From the NCBI RefSeq assembly GCF_046119375.1, contig NW_027362772.1, forward strand, positions 254,200,001-254,264,000: a stretch of DNA of 64,000 nucleotides, given 5' to 3'. The translations under genes were made by a program, and so were the position numbers. The notes under the pieces were generated by a model, which was not told where the DNA came from, did no database searches, and saw nothing but the letters and a program-made list of their open reading frames with translations. Source of the DNA: Phyllobates terribilis. Lineage: Eukaryota. Numbering within the stretch: the first letter of the stretch is position 1; each line of letters starts with the position of its first letter. This document shows, piece after piece, positions 46,593 to 59,928 of this stretch.

Positions 46593-49500
46593 ATGATGGC
46601 TGTACCCACTCCGTTGACGCTGGCGTCCATTAATGTCGCCAGCATTAAGTCAAATAGGGCTAGATTTGCGGCCTTTGATTTTCTCAGCCGGGTTGAAGCT
46701 GACATTTTCTTTTTGCAAGAGACCAGGCTGCCAAATATGGCAGAGGTGTTTATAGCTAAGAGGGAGTGGAGACTCGGGCCCTCCTATTGGTCTCTTGCGG
46801 CCGAGCCATATAGCGGAGTGGCGGTCCTTTTTACCGCACGCTAGAATGCCGATGGGTTCTTGAGTTAGAAATGGGGAGGTGCCTGATATTAGATGTCCTC
46901 ATGAAGGGACAAGAGCTCCGGCTCATTAACATCTATGGTCCCCAATCTAAGTGGGACCGGAAGTATCTCTTTATGAGGATCAAGCCCTACCTTTTTACGA
47001 GTCGGAAGGTCGTCTTTGGAGGGGACTTTAACACTGTCACGAGGCCCCAGGATAGAGGAGGTTCCAGAGACAAGCTGACTTATGATAGCGTCGCCCTTAA
47101 TAGTATAGCTAGTGAGGCTGGCCTGGTGGATGTCCACATCCGGCACACCCCAGGCCACGAGGGGTTCACCTATCATAGAGGTAACTGTAGGTCCAGGATA
47201 GACAGGTTTTATTTAAAGGAGGAAGCCGTCTCTTCAGCAGTATCTGTTGTTGAGGTGGAGTTCTCCAATCACTGTTTGATTTTGTTTTCCCTGAATGTTA
47301 CAGAGACCCCCCGGATGGGAAGAGGCTTTTCAATTCGTCTCTCTTGGAAGAAGCGGAGATAAGACAGTCCTTTGAGGATTTTCTTCAGAGCCAGGTACCC
47401 TTACTTGATCTTTGTAGTAGTAAGTCAGAGTGGTGGGAGATGTTCAAGAAAAGGGTGGCGAGATTCTTCCGCCAGCTCTCGAGCCTTAGGAGCCTGGACA
47501 GGTACCGCCTGTATCAGGGACTGAGGAGGAAACTCGAGCATCTTGTCTCAACTGGAGGTAGCCGCGAGGAGATCTCCAGAGTGAAATCTTTGCTAATGAG
47601 GTGTCAGTATGATAGACACGCATCTTTGGTTTTTGAGAGGGATTATGGGAAGTACCGCTCGCCCGACCCTTACAGAAACTGAAAGATGTCAGTGAATAGT
47701 AAAGTTGTTACAGGACTGGTTGACACAGCGGGGTCCCTGAAAAGATCCAGATCAGGGATCCTGGGGGTCGTCAGCTCCTTCTACTCGCACCTCTTGGGGA
47801 AGAGGGATCTGGATTGGGATGAGATGTCGGCTTTTTTTGGCTGAAGCCGTCCCCGAACCAGGGGTAGACCCCTCTCTTGGCGTTTTGACAGAGATGATCA
47901 GGGAAGAGGAAGTTAAGTTGGCGATTGATGGGCTTTCCCTAAAGAAATCTCCCGGTCCAGATGGCTTAACATCTGAATTCTATAAGACCTTTTAAGGACG
48001 CCTTGGTTCCCCTCTTGACTGAGGTATTCAATGAGTGTCTTTCCTCGGGCACTCTGCCAAAGTCAATGAGGAGGTCTGCCCTGATCATCTTGTCAAAGGG
48101 TAAGGACTAATCTTGCATTGAGAATTGGCGTCCCATAGCGCTTCTCAATGCAGACAGGAAGGTTTTGGCAAAGGTGCTGTTTAATCGGCTGGTGAAATTT
48201 GTGCCCCGACTCCTTTCGGGAGCCCAGCATTGCTCTGTTCTGGGCCGCAGTGCAATTAGTGCTGTACTCTGTGTCCGAGAGGCGGTGGAGCAGGGTAGGG
48301 CTGGCCACTGGAAGAGGTACATGCTGTCATTGGACCAGGCAAAAGCGTTTGATCGGGTTAATCATGAGTACCTCTGGTCTGTCCTTCTGAGGTATGGCCT
48401 GCCGGGGGAGTTTGTTGATTGGCTTAAGACCTTGTACGCTGGGGCAGAGAGTTTCCCGCTTGTGAACGGTTGGATTGGCAGCTCTTTTGAGGTTGGGTGT
48501 AGTGTTCGCCAGGGTTGTCCCTTGAGCCCGCTGCTGTACGTGTTTGCGATTGACCCGCTTCTTAGGAGGGTGGAGCGTGGACCGTTGGCTGGGATCGGGA
48601 TGGACCGGGCAGCACCGGAAGCCACTCTGAGAGTGGTGGCGTATGCCGATGACGTCACCGTTTTTGTTTCCTCTGATGGGGAGGCAGAATGGCTGATGTC
48701 AGAGGTAAATCGCTACTCGGAGGCGTCTGGGTCCAAGATCAACCGGGATAAGTGTGAGAGTCTCGGGTTGGGAGGAGGAGATCCTGGTTTTGATCTCCCG
48801 GACACCCTTCCAGGACCCAAAGTCTCTGCAAAAGTTCTTGGCATCGAATTTGGCCAGGGGGATTACCCCAAACAAAATTGGGATAGCAGGCTAGAGATCG
48901 CCACACAGAAGGTGAACCAATGGAAGGGTTGGTCTTTGACCCTAAGGGAAAGGGTAAATCTGATCAAAACTTACCTGCTCCCTTTGCTGATCTATCTGGG
49001 CAGTGTGTGCATTTTGCCGGAGCCTCTCTGGACTCGGGTCTACAGTTTGTTCTTCCAACTGTTATGGGGGAATAGACTGAACCTGGTCAAGAGGGAGGTT
49101 ACTTACCGTACGAGGAGACTAGGAGGGTTGGGTATGGTCAACCCTGTGGTATTCCTTGTGAATACCTTCATTAAGATCAATATTGCAAACCTCTGGAAAG
49201 AGAGGCCTCCTCCGTGGGTATTCTCCTGTAAGGGATGGTTTCAGCCTTTCTTCCAGGAATGGGAGACAGGAGGGCAAGTGAAGGATCTACGCACACCGCA
49301 TGGACATCTCACGGCTTACGCTACCGTGGTTCTGAAGGTAATTCGCCGGTGGGGTCTGGGAATGTGGGAGGTCAGGACTCTGGCAAGAAAGCTCCTTGAC
49401 AAAAGGGTCTGTTGACCCATTTTCAGAGGCCTCTGGCGCTCAGGGATTGCCCAAGTCGGGATCTTGGGGTCGGTCTGCATCTTTTGAATTCTATCAGGAT

Positions 49501-49954
49501 CCCCTCGAAGTTTTGGGACTTGGCTTGGCGCTGCTTCCATGGGAAACTGTGTGTGCGGGACAATCTGAAGTGTAGGAGCTCTGAGGACAGGAACTGTCCT
49601 CGGGAGCATTGTGGTACCATGCTTAAAAGCATGGACCACTTCCTGCTTCGTTGTCCCTTTAACACAGGTGTACAACAGGGTGGGCGCCTCCATTGGCTGG
49701 CCGGTCTCTCTTATGCGGAATGGGCCTATGGAGCATTCGGGGACCTGGGTGGTCGGGACCGCTGCACCTTATTTCTAGTAAGCGCAGTGGTTAGGTATTA
49801 CACGTGGAACGCACGGTGCTTAGTATCGACAAAACGGAAAATCCTCCCAGTGGACGATGTGTTTAGGACCATACTCGGTGACCTGGTGAAGGTGCGTTCT
49901 TTGGAGTATGAGAGACTGGGTACACGCTTTCCTCTGGAGGGGCTTTTCTTTTAG
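46593..49954 (+). pseudogene. Tx1-like ORF2 (APE endonuclease, reverse transcriptase, zinc finger) with several frameshifts and stops
   Basis: Colinear fragments 46593-46844, 46871-47362, 47344-47682, 48165-49415, 49412-49954 carry the expected motifs in order. Confidence 0.9.
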
Positions 49955-50651
49955 TGTGCCCTAGTCTGGTCATCTCCTCTCCTGGTGGTAGGCTGCAGCT
50001 GACACCATAGATTTTTGTTTTTGATCAGTAGACAGTGATGTAGGGCTGCAGGCGCCGAACTTGGGCTTTGTCAGTTGTGGTTATTGTATTGTTTGTTATT
50101 GTATTGTTTGTTTCTGTATATATTGTATATATGGGTTTGGGTGTAGGTGTTAGGTTGGGTGATGGGAAAAGGGGGGAGGTTGGTTCATCTTGTGGGACAC
50201 TGGTTATTTGGATGAAAAACTGGCACTGCCTGATCTGTCCTATGGACGTTGGATATAGGCATGAGACGCAGGACCAGCTCTCAGGTCAGTGTCGGGGTTG
50301 GGAATGGTGGACTTGAGTGTGGGGTGTTTTGTTTAGTATTGTATATATTTGTATAGTTAGTATTTATTTTATATTAATAAAAAAAAAAAAAAAATTTGTA
50401 TATATTTGTCAGCTATTGTTTATTTTGTTTATGTTTATTTTATTGTTTGTTTGTGGTTATTATTTTCTTTGGGAACCGGACCAGAAGTCTGTAGTGTAAG
50501 TTGTTATTATTGTGTATATATGTATAATATGTGTGTGAGGAGAGAGGGAGCGGCTGGACCAGTTCATTACATTGTTTATTTTCTGGTTATTAATTTTGGT
50601 ATGTTTCTGTTATTATTATTGTTATGTTTTTCATTTTTATAATAAAAGATC

Positions 50652-51160
50652 TACAGGATGTAACTCAGGATCAGTGCAGGGTAAGTAATGTAATGTATGT
50701 ACACAGTGACTGCACCAGCAGAATAGTGAGTGCAGCTCTGGAGTATAATACAGGATGTAACTCAGGATCCGTACAGGATCAGTAATGTAATGTATGTACA
50801 CAGTGACTGCACCAGCAGAATAATGAGTGCAGCTCCGGAGTATAATACAGGCTGTAACTCAGGATCAGTACAGGATAAGTGATGTAATGTATGTACACAG
50901 TGACTGCACCAGCAGAATAGTGAGTGCAGCTCCGGAGTATAATACAGGATGTAACTCAGGATCAGTACAGGATAAGTGATGTAATGTATGTACACAGTGA
51001 CTGCACCAGCAGAATAGTGAGTGCAGCTCTGGAGTATAATACAGGATGTAACTCAGGATCCGTACAGGATCAGAAATGTAATGTATGTACACAGTGACTC
51101 CACCAGCAGAATAGTGAGTGCAGCTCTGGAGTATAATACAGGCTGTAACTCAGGATCAGA
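50652..51160. repeat. 86-97-bp satellite array, right part (~5.5 units)
   Basis: Resumes at TACAGGATGTAACTCAGG directly after the LINE 3' end; same unit as 42510-43111. Confidence 0.95.
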
Positions 51161-52182
51161 ATAAGATAATTAAAAGCATTTCCAACTTTATCAAAAGTGG
51201 TCCCCAAAGGATTGCATACTTGTAAAACAAACTCACATAAAGCTTAATAATGAGTACTATATGAGTTTGTTGTATTACAAGTATGCAATCCTTTGGAGAA
51301 CACTTTTGATAAAGGGAAAACCCCTGTAAGGCTGTGGCTTTATATAGTAACTCAATTGTTGCATGTAAGCTGTAAAATGGTGTTTAAAGTTGGACATTCC
51401 CATTAACCCTGCTGTAACCAGGTCTATCACATGTACTTCTATCGGAAACCTCGTGCTTGTCTGAGCTTTCTCTGGGTTCTAGTTTCCTTTCCACCTCCGC
51501 AGCAAACACGAGCTATGGGGTCACCTGGTTTCCTCTGAAACTGCCCCTAATTTCTAGAAGTGTGTGAACGGGATGCTAGACTGTGAGGTTCTCTGGAAAG
51601 GACCTAGTAGAAGTAAATACCGAGAGGTAACAAATAACCTTCTGACTCTGGTATAGCTGTGCATAGGCATTAAAGGGGTTGTCCACTACTGGACACAATA
51701 TAACATAAAAAAACACACACACCTCCCAGAGACTGGCGTTGTGACCCTTGCTGCAGCCTTCGTGCTTCCGGAACTGTTCATACTGACTGAACTGTGAAGG
51801 CTGCAGCCGATCAGCAGCCACCGATTGGCTGCAGCGGTTAAAATAGTGTAGCGAGGCCACTGGGAATCACAGAATAGGGGTTGTATATGTTTTTTTATGT
51901 TCTGTGGGGCAAGAAGGGGTTGTCAAGTAGTGAACAACCCCTTTAAAAAGGTGTTTTCCAGGACTATGGTTAGGATACAGCATCATGTGTATATGTAGAC
52001 GTGCAATATTTTTTTTCTTTTCTATTTTGTGAACCGGATCTCTGGCACTGTACAAACCAGAATTCTTTACTATTCATAAAAAAAAAATGTGACCAAGTAC
52101 AAAATTTTTTACAAAAAGTAAAAATATTTATAAGATTGTTAAATAAAAAAAAATGTACAAATCTGCGGGGTGTGCGTCCCAT

Positions 52183-55100
52183 TCATGTGTCTCCTGGAGA
52201 GCGTCTTCTTGGCTCAGTCTTGTCGAGCTTTAAATCTAAACAAAGGAGACATTGCTTAGTACCAGGAAGATAACAGGATCCAGAGAGCGGCCGCATCCTA
52301 CGGGTACTGCCGGAGGAACATCAGACGAGTATCTATCAAGTCATTGTTAGAGAAGTGGTGCCAGGAAACGGGGACGGGGCGGACCACCGCGTCACCATCA
52401 GTCATAAGGAAGCCATTACAATGTTGCATCTACTAGTGGTGAAGAGTGGTACTGCAAGCAACAGATGACAACGTACATAATGAGTATTTGGAGCAGTCTG
52501 ATGCCGTGGACTTTAGATAAAGGTTTGAAGATCATCGTGTAATGGGCCGATCAATAACAGATGGCTCCTTCTAAAAAGGCTATTTTTTATATCATCTGAC
52601 TTTGGAATAGCAGTATACAGGTATTAAAGGGGTTGTCCACTACTGGACAATCCCTTAACTGCTTAAGTGGTCCATATTAGCCATAAGCAGAGCGTGATGA
52701 CCTGCCGACAGCGTATCTGAAATGTGTCCGTCTACATATACACACCCAGCAGTCTATGGGTGGACAGGGTGGCTGTTACAATAAAAATTACGCACGTAGT
52801 GGGGGAGAATTTATCATATTTTTTGCACCGGAATTTTGGTGCATTTTGTGTTATGTTTAGGTTTTAGACACATTTACAGTGGCTCAGTGGTTAGCATTGT
52901 TGCCTTGCAGCGATCACAGTTTGGAACCCCTATTGATCAGCTAGGAGTAAGTGCTCAGTTTCCCTGCAGCGCCTCCACAGGAGAGATCAAGGAGTACTCC
53001 GTGAACTCCATAGGATTACCTTTGAACTAATTTCATGAAAACTTCAATTTCTCACTATACATTTTAATACAGGCACGTAAAGCATAAACGGTGCCTGATT
53101 TTTTTTTCAAAGCTGTACAGCTTGGAATATGTCGAGCCAAGAGGAAAGATAAGGAAGGACACAACTATAACTCTCGCATATGCCAAGACTTCTAGAGGGG
53201 GGAACTATCTGTATCTGCAGTATTCTGGATCCTGAATGGGGGACATTCTTCCCTCTTATTTGGAAATGAGTTTCCTAAACCAGATGACATATTATCTAAC
53301 ATTAACAGAGATCTTCATTTTGGGTGAACGACCACAGTAAATAATATACACGACATAAAGGACAGCCGATTACATCACTGAGACAAAATATTTAGAATTG
53401 TGATGACTCTCTATCAATGCCAAACTCTAAGTCACTGAGCTGAATTAGAGGAAGCTGAACACTTGCATTTGCCGTACTGTCAGTCACTGCAGCACAACAG
53501 TTTACCGAGCTGAATTAGAGGAAGCTAAACACTTGCATTTGCCGTACTGTCAGTCACTGCAGCACTACAGTTTACCGAGCTGAATTAGAGGAAGCTAAAC
53601 ACTTGCATTTGCCGTACTGTCAGTCACTGCAGCACTACAGTTTACCAAGGTGAATTAGGAGAAGCTGAACACTTGCATTTGCTGTACTCTCAGTCACTGC
53701 AGCACAACAGTTTACCGAGCTGAATTAGAGGAAGTTGAACACTTGCACTTGCCGTACTCTCAGTCACTGCAGCACAACAGTTTACCGAGCTGAATTAGAG
53801 GAAGTTGAACACTTGCACTTGCCGTACTATCAGTGATGGCAGCTCAAAAGTTTACCGAGCTGAATTCGAGAAAGCTGAATACTTGCACTTGTCGTTATTC
53901 AGCGATTTTTGGACAGCAGTGTATTCCAGCCATGTGGTGTAATTAGCGGCGTTGCTCGTCCCGGACGTGCAATGATTACATTGCTGCTTTCTATTACGTC
54001 ACCAGCTGGACAGTTATAAAGCTTGGATAGTGCAGGGAAAAAAATTATAAAAAAAAAACCCTCTACAACTGGTGCGGAGATCAGCAGACGTGAAATAACA
54101 GACTCTCATTGTCCCCGTTAGGCAGCTCCTTTCACTGCTCCCTTTCCTTATTCTCACTAATAAGATGATAAAATGAGAGGGTACTTTGAAATGCTGCCAG
54201 TCTTGTAGGAAATTACCATAAGCGGCTTTCTTTTCCTTTGTCAGTCAGTGAAACAGGGTTCATTATATGAAGAGCGTCGGCTGTGACCGAACACAAGGAC
54301 GGTCTGTGAATATTATCTTCTCAGATCTCATCTAGACTTTGCTTTAAAATAACGTGCCCCATGTTAGGCCGAGGGAGGGGGAATGTGATGCCTAATGGCT
54401 ACCTATTTTATAGCTTCAGTGTGCCCATAAAGAAAAATAAAACAATTTTGAAAATAAACTTTAATGAAAATGTACAACTCCTATACAAACCTATGTGTCT
54501 CCATGGTAACAGACTACAATTAAACTCTGTGTAGTCGGATTTTGTAGTCATCAGCCATGGGTCTACCTATTCTTCCTTACATACATATGGCAAGTCGATA
54601 AGGGAACATTTAAAAATGGATGTAACTACAGCATCAGACGACACAAGATTTCTTTTTTTATCAAGATTTTTGCAGGTTTTTTTTATATATTTTTTGCATT
54701 TAGACAAATATTAAAAAATATAAATTTTTTTTTTTTACTTTTTGAAATTTGCTGAAAAGGTTTGTGGGTAAATGTTCCTTTTAGTTTATTGAAGTGTCCC
54801 AGCGTGACATGCAAATGATTAGGCTACCACAAAATCAGGTTCTACTATAAAGTATGGGGGCTATCAGAGCTGAGAAGATGTTTCGAAAGCCCTGGACACA
54901 GAATCCTGAACTACTGGGTAGAAGTCTGTTTTCTTACCCTTCTCATCATATTTGACTTCCTTGAGGAACAGTCCGGTCGGAGGGGCAACGGTATTCCTCG
55001 GAAACACTGGTGGCGTACGCTCTTCTAAATGAAGTTTAATGTGTCGTGGAGTGAGATAACCCAAACCTACAGCGACCAGAGCGCTTGTCATCCTCCTCAC

Positions 55101-55944
55101 CTGGGGGGGCAGAGGGTATTCATGAAAAGGTGGAATCAGTAATCAGACGCTACAGAAGACAGTCCTCACAACGGCGAGCAACACGTAATTGTTAAATGGG
55201 GTCACAAGAAGAATTAAAGGGGGTTTCCAGGAATTTATATTGAAATAACATCACTGTAGGATCAATTGGGGTTCAACCTCTTCACTTCAGTACCAAGAGA
55301 CCATCACATGCATCGAGAACTGCAGTGAAGGGTCCTGGAGGGTGGGACATCCACCGATCACACACAGATTGACTCTTGTACTATGTAGAATCCCCACCCC
55401 CAAGATACTGTTTTGGTACTCTATTAAAGAGGGGGGCCCTCACTGATCATACAATAATGGCCTACCCTAAACATACACCCATCAGAGTAAAATCCTGGAA
55501 AATACCTTGAATATTCATTACTTAACATTGCAGCAAGACATTTTATCTGATTATAAATTATAATAGGGTTTATTCTACTTTGTTTACAGAGGTCCGGTCA
55601 CTTGCTATGTATTTGTATTTTTTCCCCTGATGTAAATGTCGATTGTTCTCCTGAATCTGGGGATATTTAGCTTTTATTTCAAATCTTCTCTATTCCCGAG
55701 ACGTAGCCCCTCCCTACACTGTATATAAATGTAGTCTTTTTTAGCCAACTGGGCGTGGTTGAGATGATTCCTGTAGAGAACATTTGAGGATCATGTCCAT
55801 TTAGCTAACATTAATAACAAGTTGTATTGAGCTTAAAAGAACCCTGATCTTATTCTACAATCACATTAAGATTACTTATACTGCCGTACCTGATTGTAAG
55901 CAAAAGATTGACTTTTGAAGGTGAAATTCCAATACTGAAGGTCG
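52183..55944 (-). CDS. PUSL1: tRNA pseudouridine synthase-like 1 (TruA family), last three coding exons; upstream exons lie beyond 64000
   Basis: Exon 55944-55890 (55 nt, DLQYWNFTFKSQSFAYNQ); exon 55100-54938 (163 nt, VRRMTSALVAVGLG..VAPPTGLFLKEVKY); probable terminal exon 52235-52183 (acceptor TTTGTTTAG, DLKLDKTEPRRRSPGDT*). Phases join. Terminal exon is less certain. Confidence 0.85.
52877..52935 (+). mobile_element. tRNA-derived SINE head remnant
   Basis: A-box TGGCTCAGTGG (52880-90), then TTAGCATTGTTGCCTTGCAGCG and a degenerate B-box GTTTGGAACCC. Confidence 0.5.
53437..53896. repeat. 70-bp tandem repeat, ~6.6 copies, in the last PUSL1 intron
   Basis: Unit GAGCTGAATTAGAGGAAGCTGAACACTTGCATTTGCCGTACTGTCAGTCACTGCAGCACAACAGTTTACC at 53437, 53507, 53577, 53647, 53717, 53787, 53857. 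Confidence 0.95.
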
Positions 55945-56062
55945 CTGTATGAAGAGAAGAACAGAAGAATTCACTTGTCTCCAGTTCTGAATATAATATA
56001 GATAATAACGAGCACAATGGAAAGGCAGAGTGGATGACATACAAGGGTGCAAACCTACTATA

Positions 56063-56858
56063 TGTTACACTCACGCCACTAGGTTCAGATAGGGGCGAGG
56101 TTACATGAATTCTTTGGAATCCTGGGGGAACCGTTACTCAGGGCGACCGTAGACCATGTGCTGCAGCTTCTCTGCACACAGGGGTATTGACCTTCAGGCA
56201 CAGACATGTAGGTTGTTTCACTTGCTGACCAAACACACTTGACAAGAGTCCTCATATACGGTAGAACAGTAGCATTTAATAAGAAGCAGCACAGCCAGTG
56301 CAAGTTAAGTCTTATGAGCAACAGGCTCCAGTGACAAACAATACAGTTTCCTTAGAAGCACAAGAGTTCACAGTCTTCCCAGTAGTACAGAACAGTACAG
56401 TTATAATGCAAAGGCACATTAATGAACACAGCATTGTTTACAGCACAGTGAGATGGAGGGGGGGGGGGGGTTTGCTGAGGGAGATGATCCCTGTGACACC
56501 ATTTCTTCCAGTCCTTATCTTTCTGCCTGACAATACTCTGCACTGCTAGTTCAGGAACTCTACCTGACCTGTGCTTAGCTTCACTCCTGACTTGAATCCT
56601 TTTCACTTGCAGGGGCTCTTCTGTGAGATAGAGAACACGCATACACTACCTTTCTCTTCAGCTCCAGCCAGACAGTAAACAACTTCCCCTCAATCCCCCT
56701 GGGGCTCTGCTAAAACACTCCCCTTCTCCTGTGACTGTGTTAACCCCTCTAGTTGCTGGATGCTTCTGGAGCACAACACTTCCTGTCTCCTGTGCTAGTG
56801 TTACTTCTAATAGTTGCTGAATGCTCCCAAAGAAACAGCACTACTTCTCCATGTCACA
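56063..56858. mobile_element. Candidate solo LTR (~800 bp)
   Basis: Termini TGTTACA ... TGTCACA, flanks TATA / TATT (3 of 4 match), no coding content. Confidence 0.4.
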
Positions 56859-56989
56859 TATTCTTTTTTTCGGGATAATCGGACCAAAATTCACACATGA
56901 ACCAAAATTGAATGAATGTTTGTCATGTTCCCTGATATCAAGCGAGCAATGGTCGTCATAAATGCGGCCAGGTCCCAATGCAGGAACAC

Positions 56990-59928
56990 ACAGCCCTACA
57001 CTATATACACACAAAGCCCTACACTATATACACACACAGCTCTACACTATACACACACACAGCTCTACACTATACACACACACAGCTCTACACTATACAC
57101 ACACAGAGCTCTACACTACATACACACAGCTCTACACTATACACACAGAACTCTATACTATATATACACACACACAGCTCTACACTATACACACACAGAG
57201 CTCTACACTATATACACACACAGAGCTCTACACTATATACACAGAGCTCTACACTATACACACACAGCTCTACACTACACACACACACCTCTACACTACA
57301 CACACACACACAGCTCTACACTATACACACACAGCTCTACACTATATACACACAGCTCTACACTATACACACAGCTCTACACTATACACACACAGCTCTA
57401 CACTACACACACACAGCTCTACACTACACACACACACACAGCTCTACACTATACACACACAGCTCTACACTATATACACACAGCTCTACACTATACACAC
57501 AGCTCTACACTATACACACACAGCTCTCCACTATATACACACACAGCTCTACACTACACACACACACACAGCTCTACACTATACACACACAGCTCTACAC
57601 TATATACACACAGCTCTACACTATACACACAGCTCTACACTATACACACACAGCTCTACACTACGCACACACAGCTCTACACTACGCACACACAGCTCTA
57701 CACTATATATAAACACAGCTCTACACTATACACACACACAGCTCTACACTATACACACACACAGCTCTACACTATACACACACAGAGCTCTACACTATAC
57801 ACACACACAGCTCTCCATTATACACACACAGCTCTACACTATACACACACAGCTCTACACCATACACACACAGCACTACACCATACACACACAGCTCTAC
57901 ACTATACACACACAGCTCTACACTATACGCACACACAGCTCTACACTATACGCACACACAGCTCTACACTATACGCACACACAGCTCTACACTATATACA
58001 CACACACAGCTCTACACTATACACACACAGCTCTACACTATACACACACAGCTCTACACTATACACACACAGAGCTCTCCACTATACACACACACAGCTC
58101 TACACCATACACACACAGCTCTACACTATACACACACAGCTCTACACTACACACCTCTACACTACACACACACACACAGCTCTACACTATACACACACAG
58201 CTCTACACTATATACACACACAGCTCTACACTATACACACACACAGCTCTACACTATACACACACAGCTCTATACTATACGCACACACAGCTCTACACTA
58301 TACGCACACACAGCTCTACACTATACACACACAGAGCTCTACACTATACACACACAGAGCTCTACACTATACACACACACAGCTCTCCACTATACACACA
58401 CACAGCTCTACACTATATACCAGACAGGTCTACACTATACACACACACAGCTCTACACCATACACACACACAGCTCTACACTATATACACAGAGCTCTAC
58501 ACCATACACACACAGCTCTACACTATATACACACACAGCTCTACACTATATACACACACAGCTCTACACTATATACACACATTGCTCTACACTATACACA
58601 CACACAGCTCTCCACTATACACACACACAGCTCTACACTATATACCAGACAGGTCTACACTATACACACACACAGCTCTACACTATATACACACAGCTCT
58701 ACACTATACACACACAGAGCTCCACTATACACACAGCTCTACACTATATACACAGAGCACTACACCATACACACACAGCTCTACACTATACACACACAGC
58801 TCTACACTATATACACACAGCTCTACACTATATACACACACACAGCTCTACACTATATACACACACACAGCTCTACACTATACACACACAGCTCTACACT
58901 ATACACACACACAGCTCTACACTATATACCAGACAGGTCTACACTATACACACACACAGCTCTACACTATACACACACAGCTCTACACTATACACACACA
59001 TTGCTCTACACTATACACACACACAGCTCTACACTATACACACACACAGCTCTACACTATACACACAGCCTCTACACTATACACACAGAGCTCTACACTA
59101 TACACACACACAGCTCTACACTATATACACAGAGCTCTACACTATACACACACAGCTCTACACTATATACACACACACAGCTCTACACTATATACACACA
59201 CACAGCTCTACACTATACACACACAGAGCTCTACACTATACACACACAGCTCTACACTATATACCACACAGGTCTACACTATACACACACACAGCTCTAC
59301 ACTATATACACACAGCTCTACACTATACACACACACAGCTCTACACCATACACACACAGCTCTACACTATATACACAGAGCTCTACACCATACACACACA
59401 GCTCTACACTATATACACACACACAGCTCTACACTATACACACAGAGCTCTACACTATATACACACAGAGCTCTACACTATACACACACAGCTCTACACT
59501 ATATACACACACAGCTCTACACTATATACACAGAGCTCTACACCATACACACACAGCTCTACACTATATACACACACTGCTCTCCACTATATACACACAC
59601 ACAGCTCTACACTATACACACACACAGCTCTACACTATATACCACACAGGTCTACACTATACACACAGCTCTACACTATACACACACACAGCTCTACACT
59701 ATATACCACACAGGTCTACACTATATACACACACAGCTCTACACTATACACACACAGCTCTACACTATACACACACAGCTCTACACTATATACCACACAG
59801 GTCTACGCTATATACACACACAGCTCTACGCTATATACCACACAGCTCTACACTATACACACACACTGCTCTACACTATACACACACACAGCTCTACACT
59901 ATATACACACACAGGTCTACACTATATA
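56990..59928. repeat. CA-rich minisatellite (~19-27-bp units, core TA(CA)nGCTCTACACTA)
   Basis: About 2.9 kb of variant units. Confidence 0.97.

Larger units (their letters stand above)
43112..50651 (+). mobile_element. Apparently full-length Tx1-clade (L1-group) non-LTR retrotransposon, 7.5 kb, decayed
   Basis: 139-nt 5' UTR; ORF1 43251-46581 (one TAG, one frameshift) with three CCHC knuckles; 11-nt spacer; ORF2 from 46593 with APE motifs (SINVASI, LQET, INIYGP, GGDFN, SRIDRFY, SNH), RT (KSPGPDG, DQAKAFDRV, RQGCPLSP, YADD at 48642-48653) and a C-terminal Cys/His finger ending 49954; T-rich 3' UTR ending AATAAAAGATC. Confidence 0.95.

Noticed and set aside
42510-53896. CRISPR-like look of the 86-97-bp and 70-bp arrays
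   Set aside because: Units are contiguous with no unique spacers, no cas genes, and the context is a spliced eukaryotic locus.
55890-55910. PUSL1 motif reads SFAYNQ rather than SFLYxQ
   Set aside because: This position varies in the TruA family (E. coli has FVH as recalled), so it does not indicate loss of function.
56075-56224. Possible further PUSL1 exon (minus-strand donor GTGAGT at 56074)
   Set aside because: No frame resembles the expected TruA segment (HDFSAF region), stops occur in all three frames, and it lies in the candidate solo LTR.
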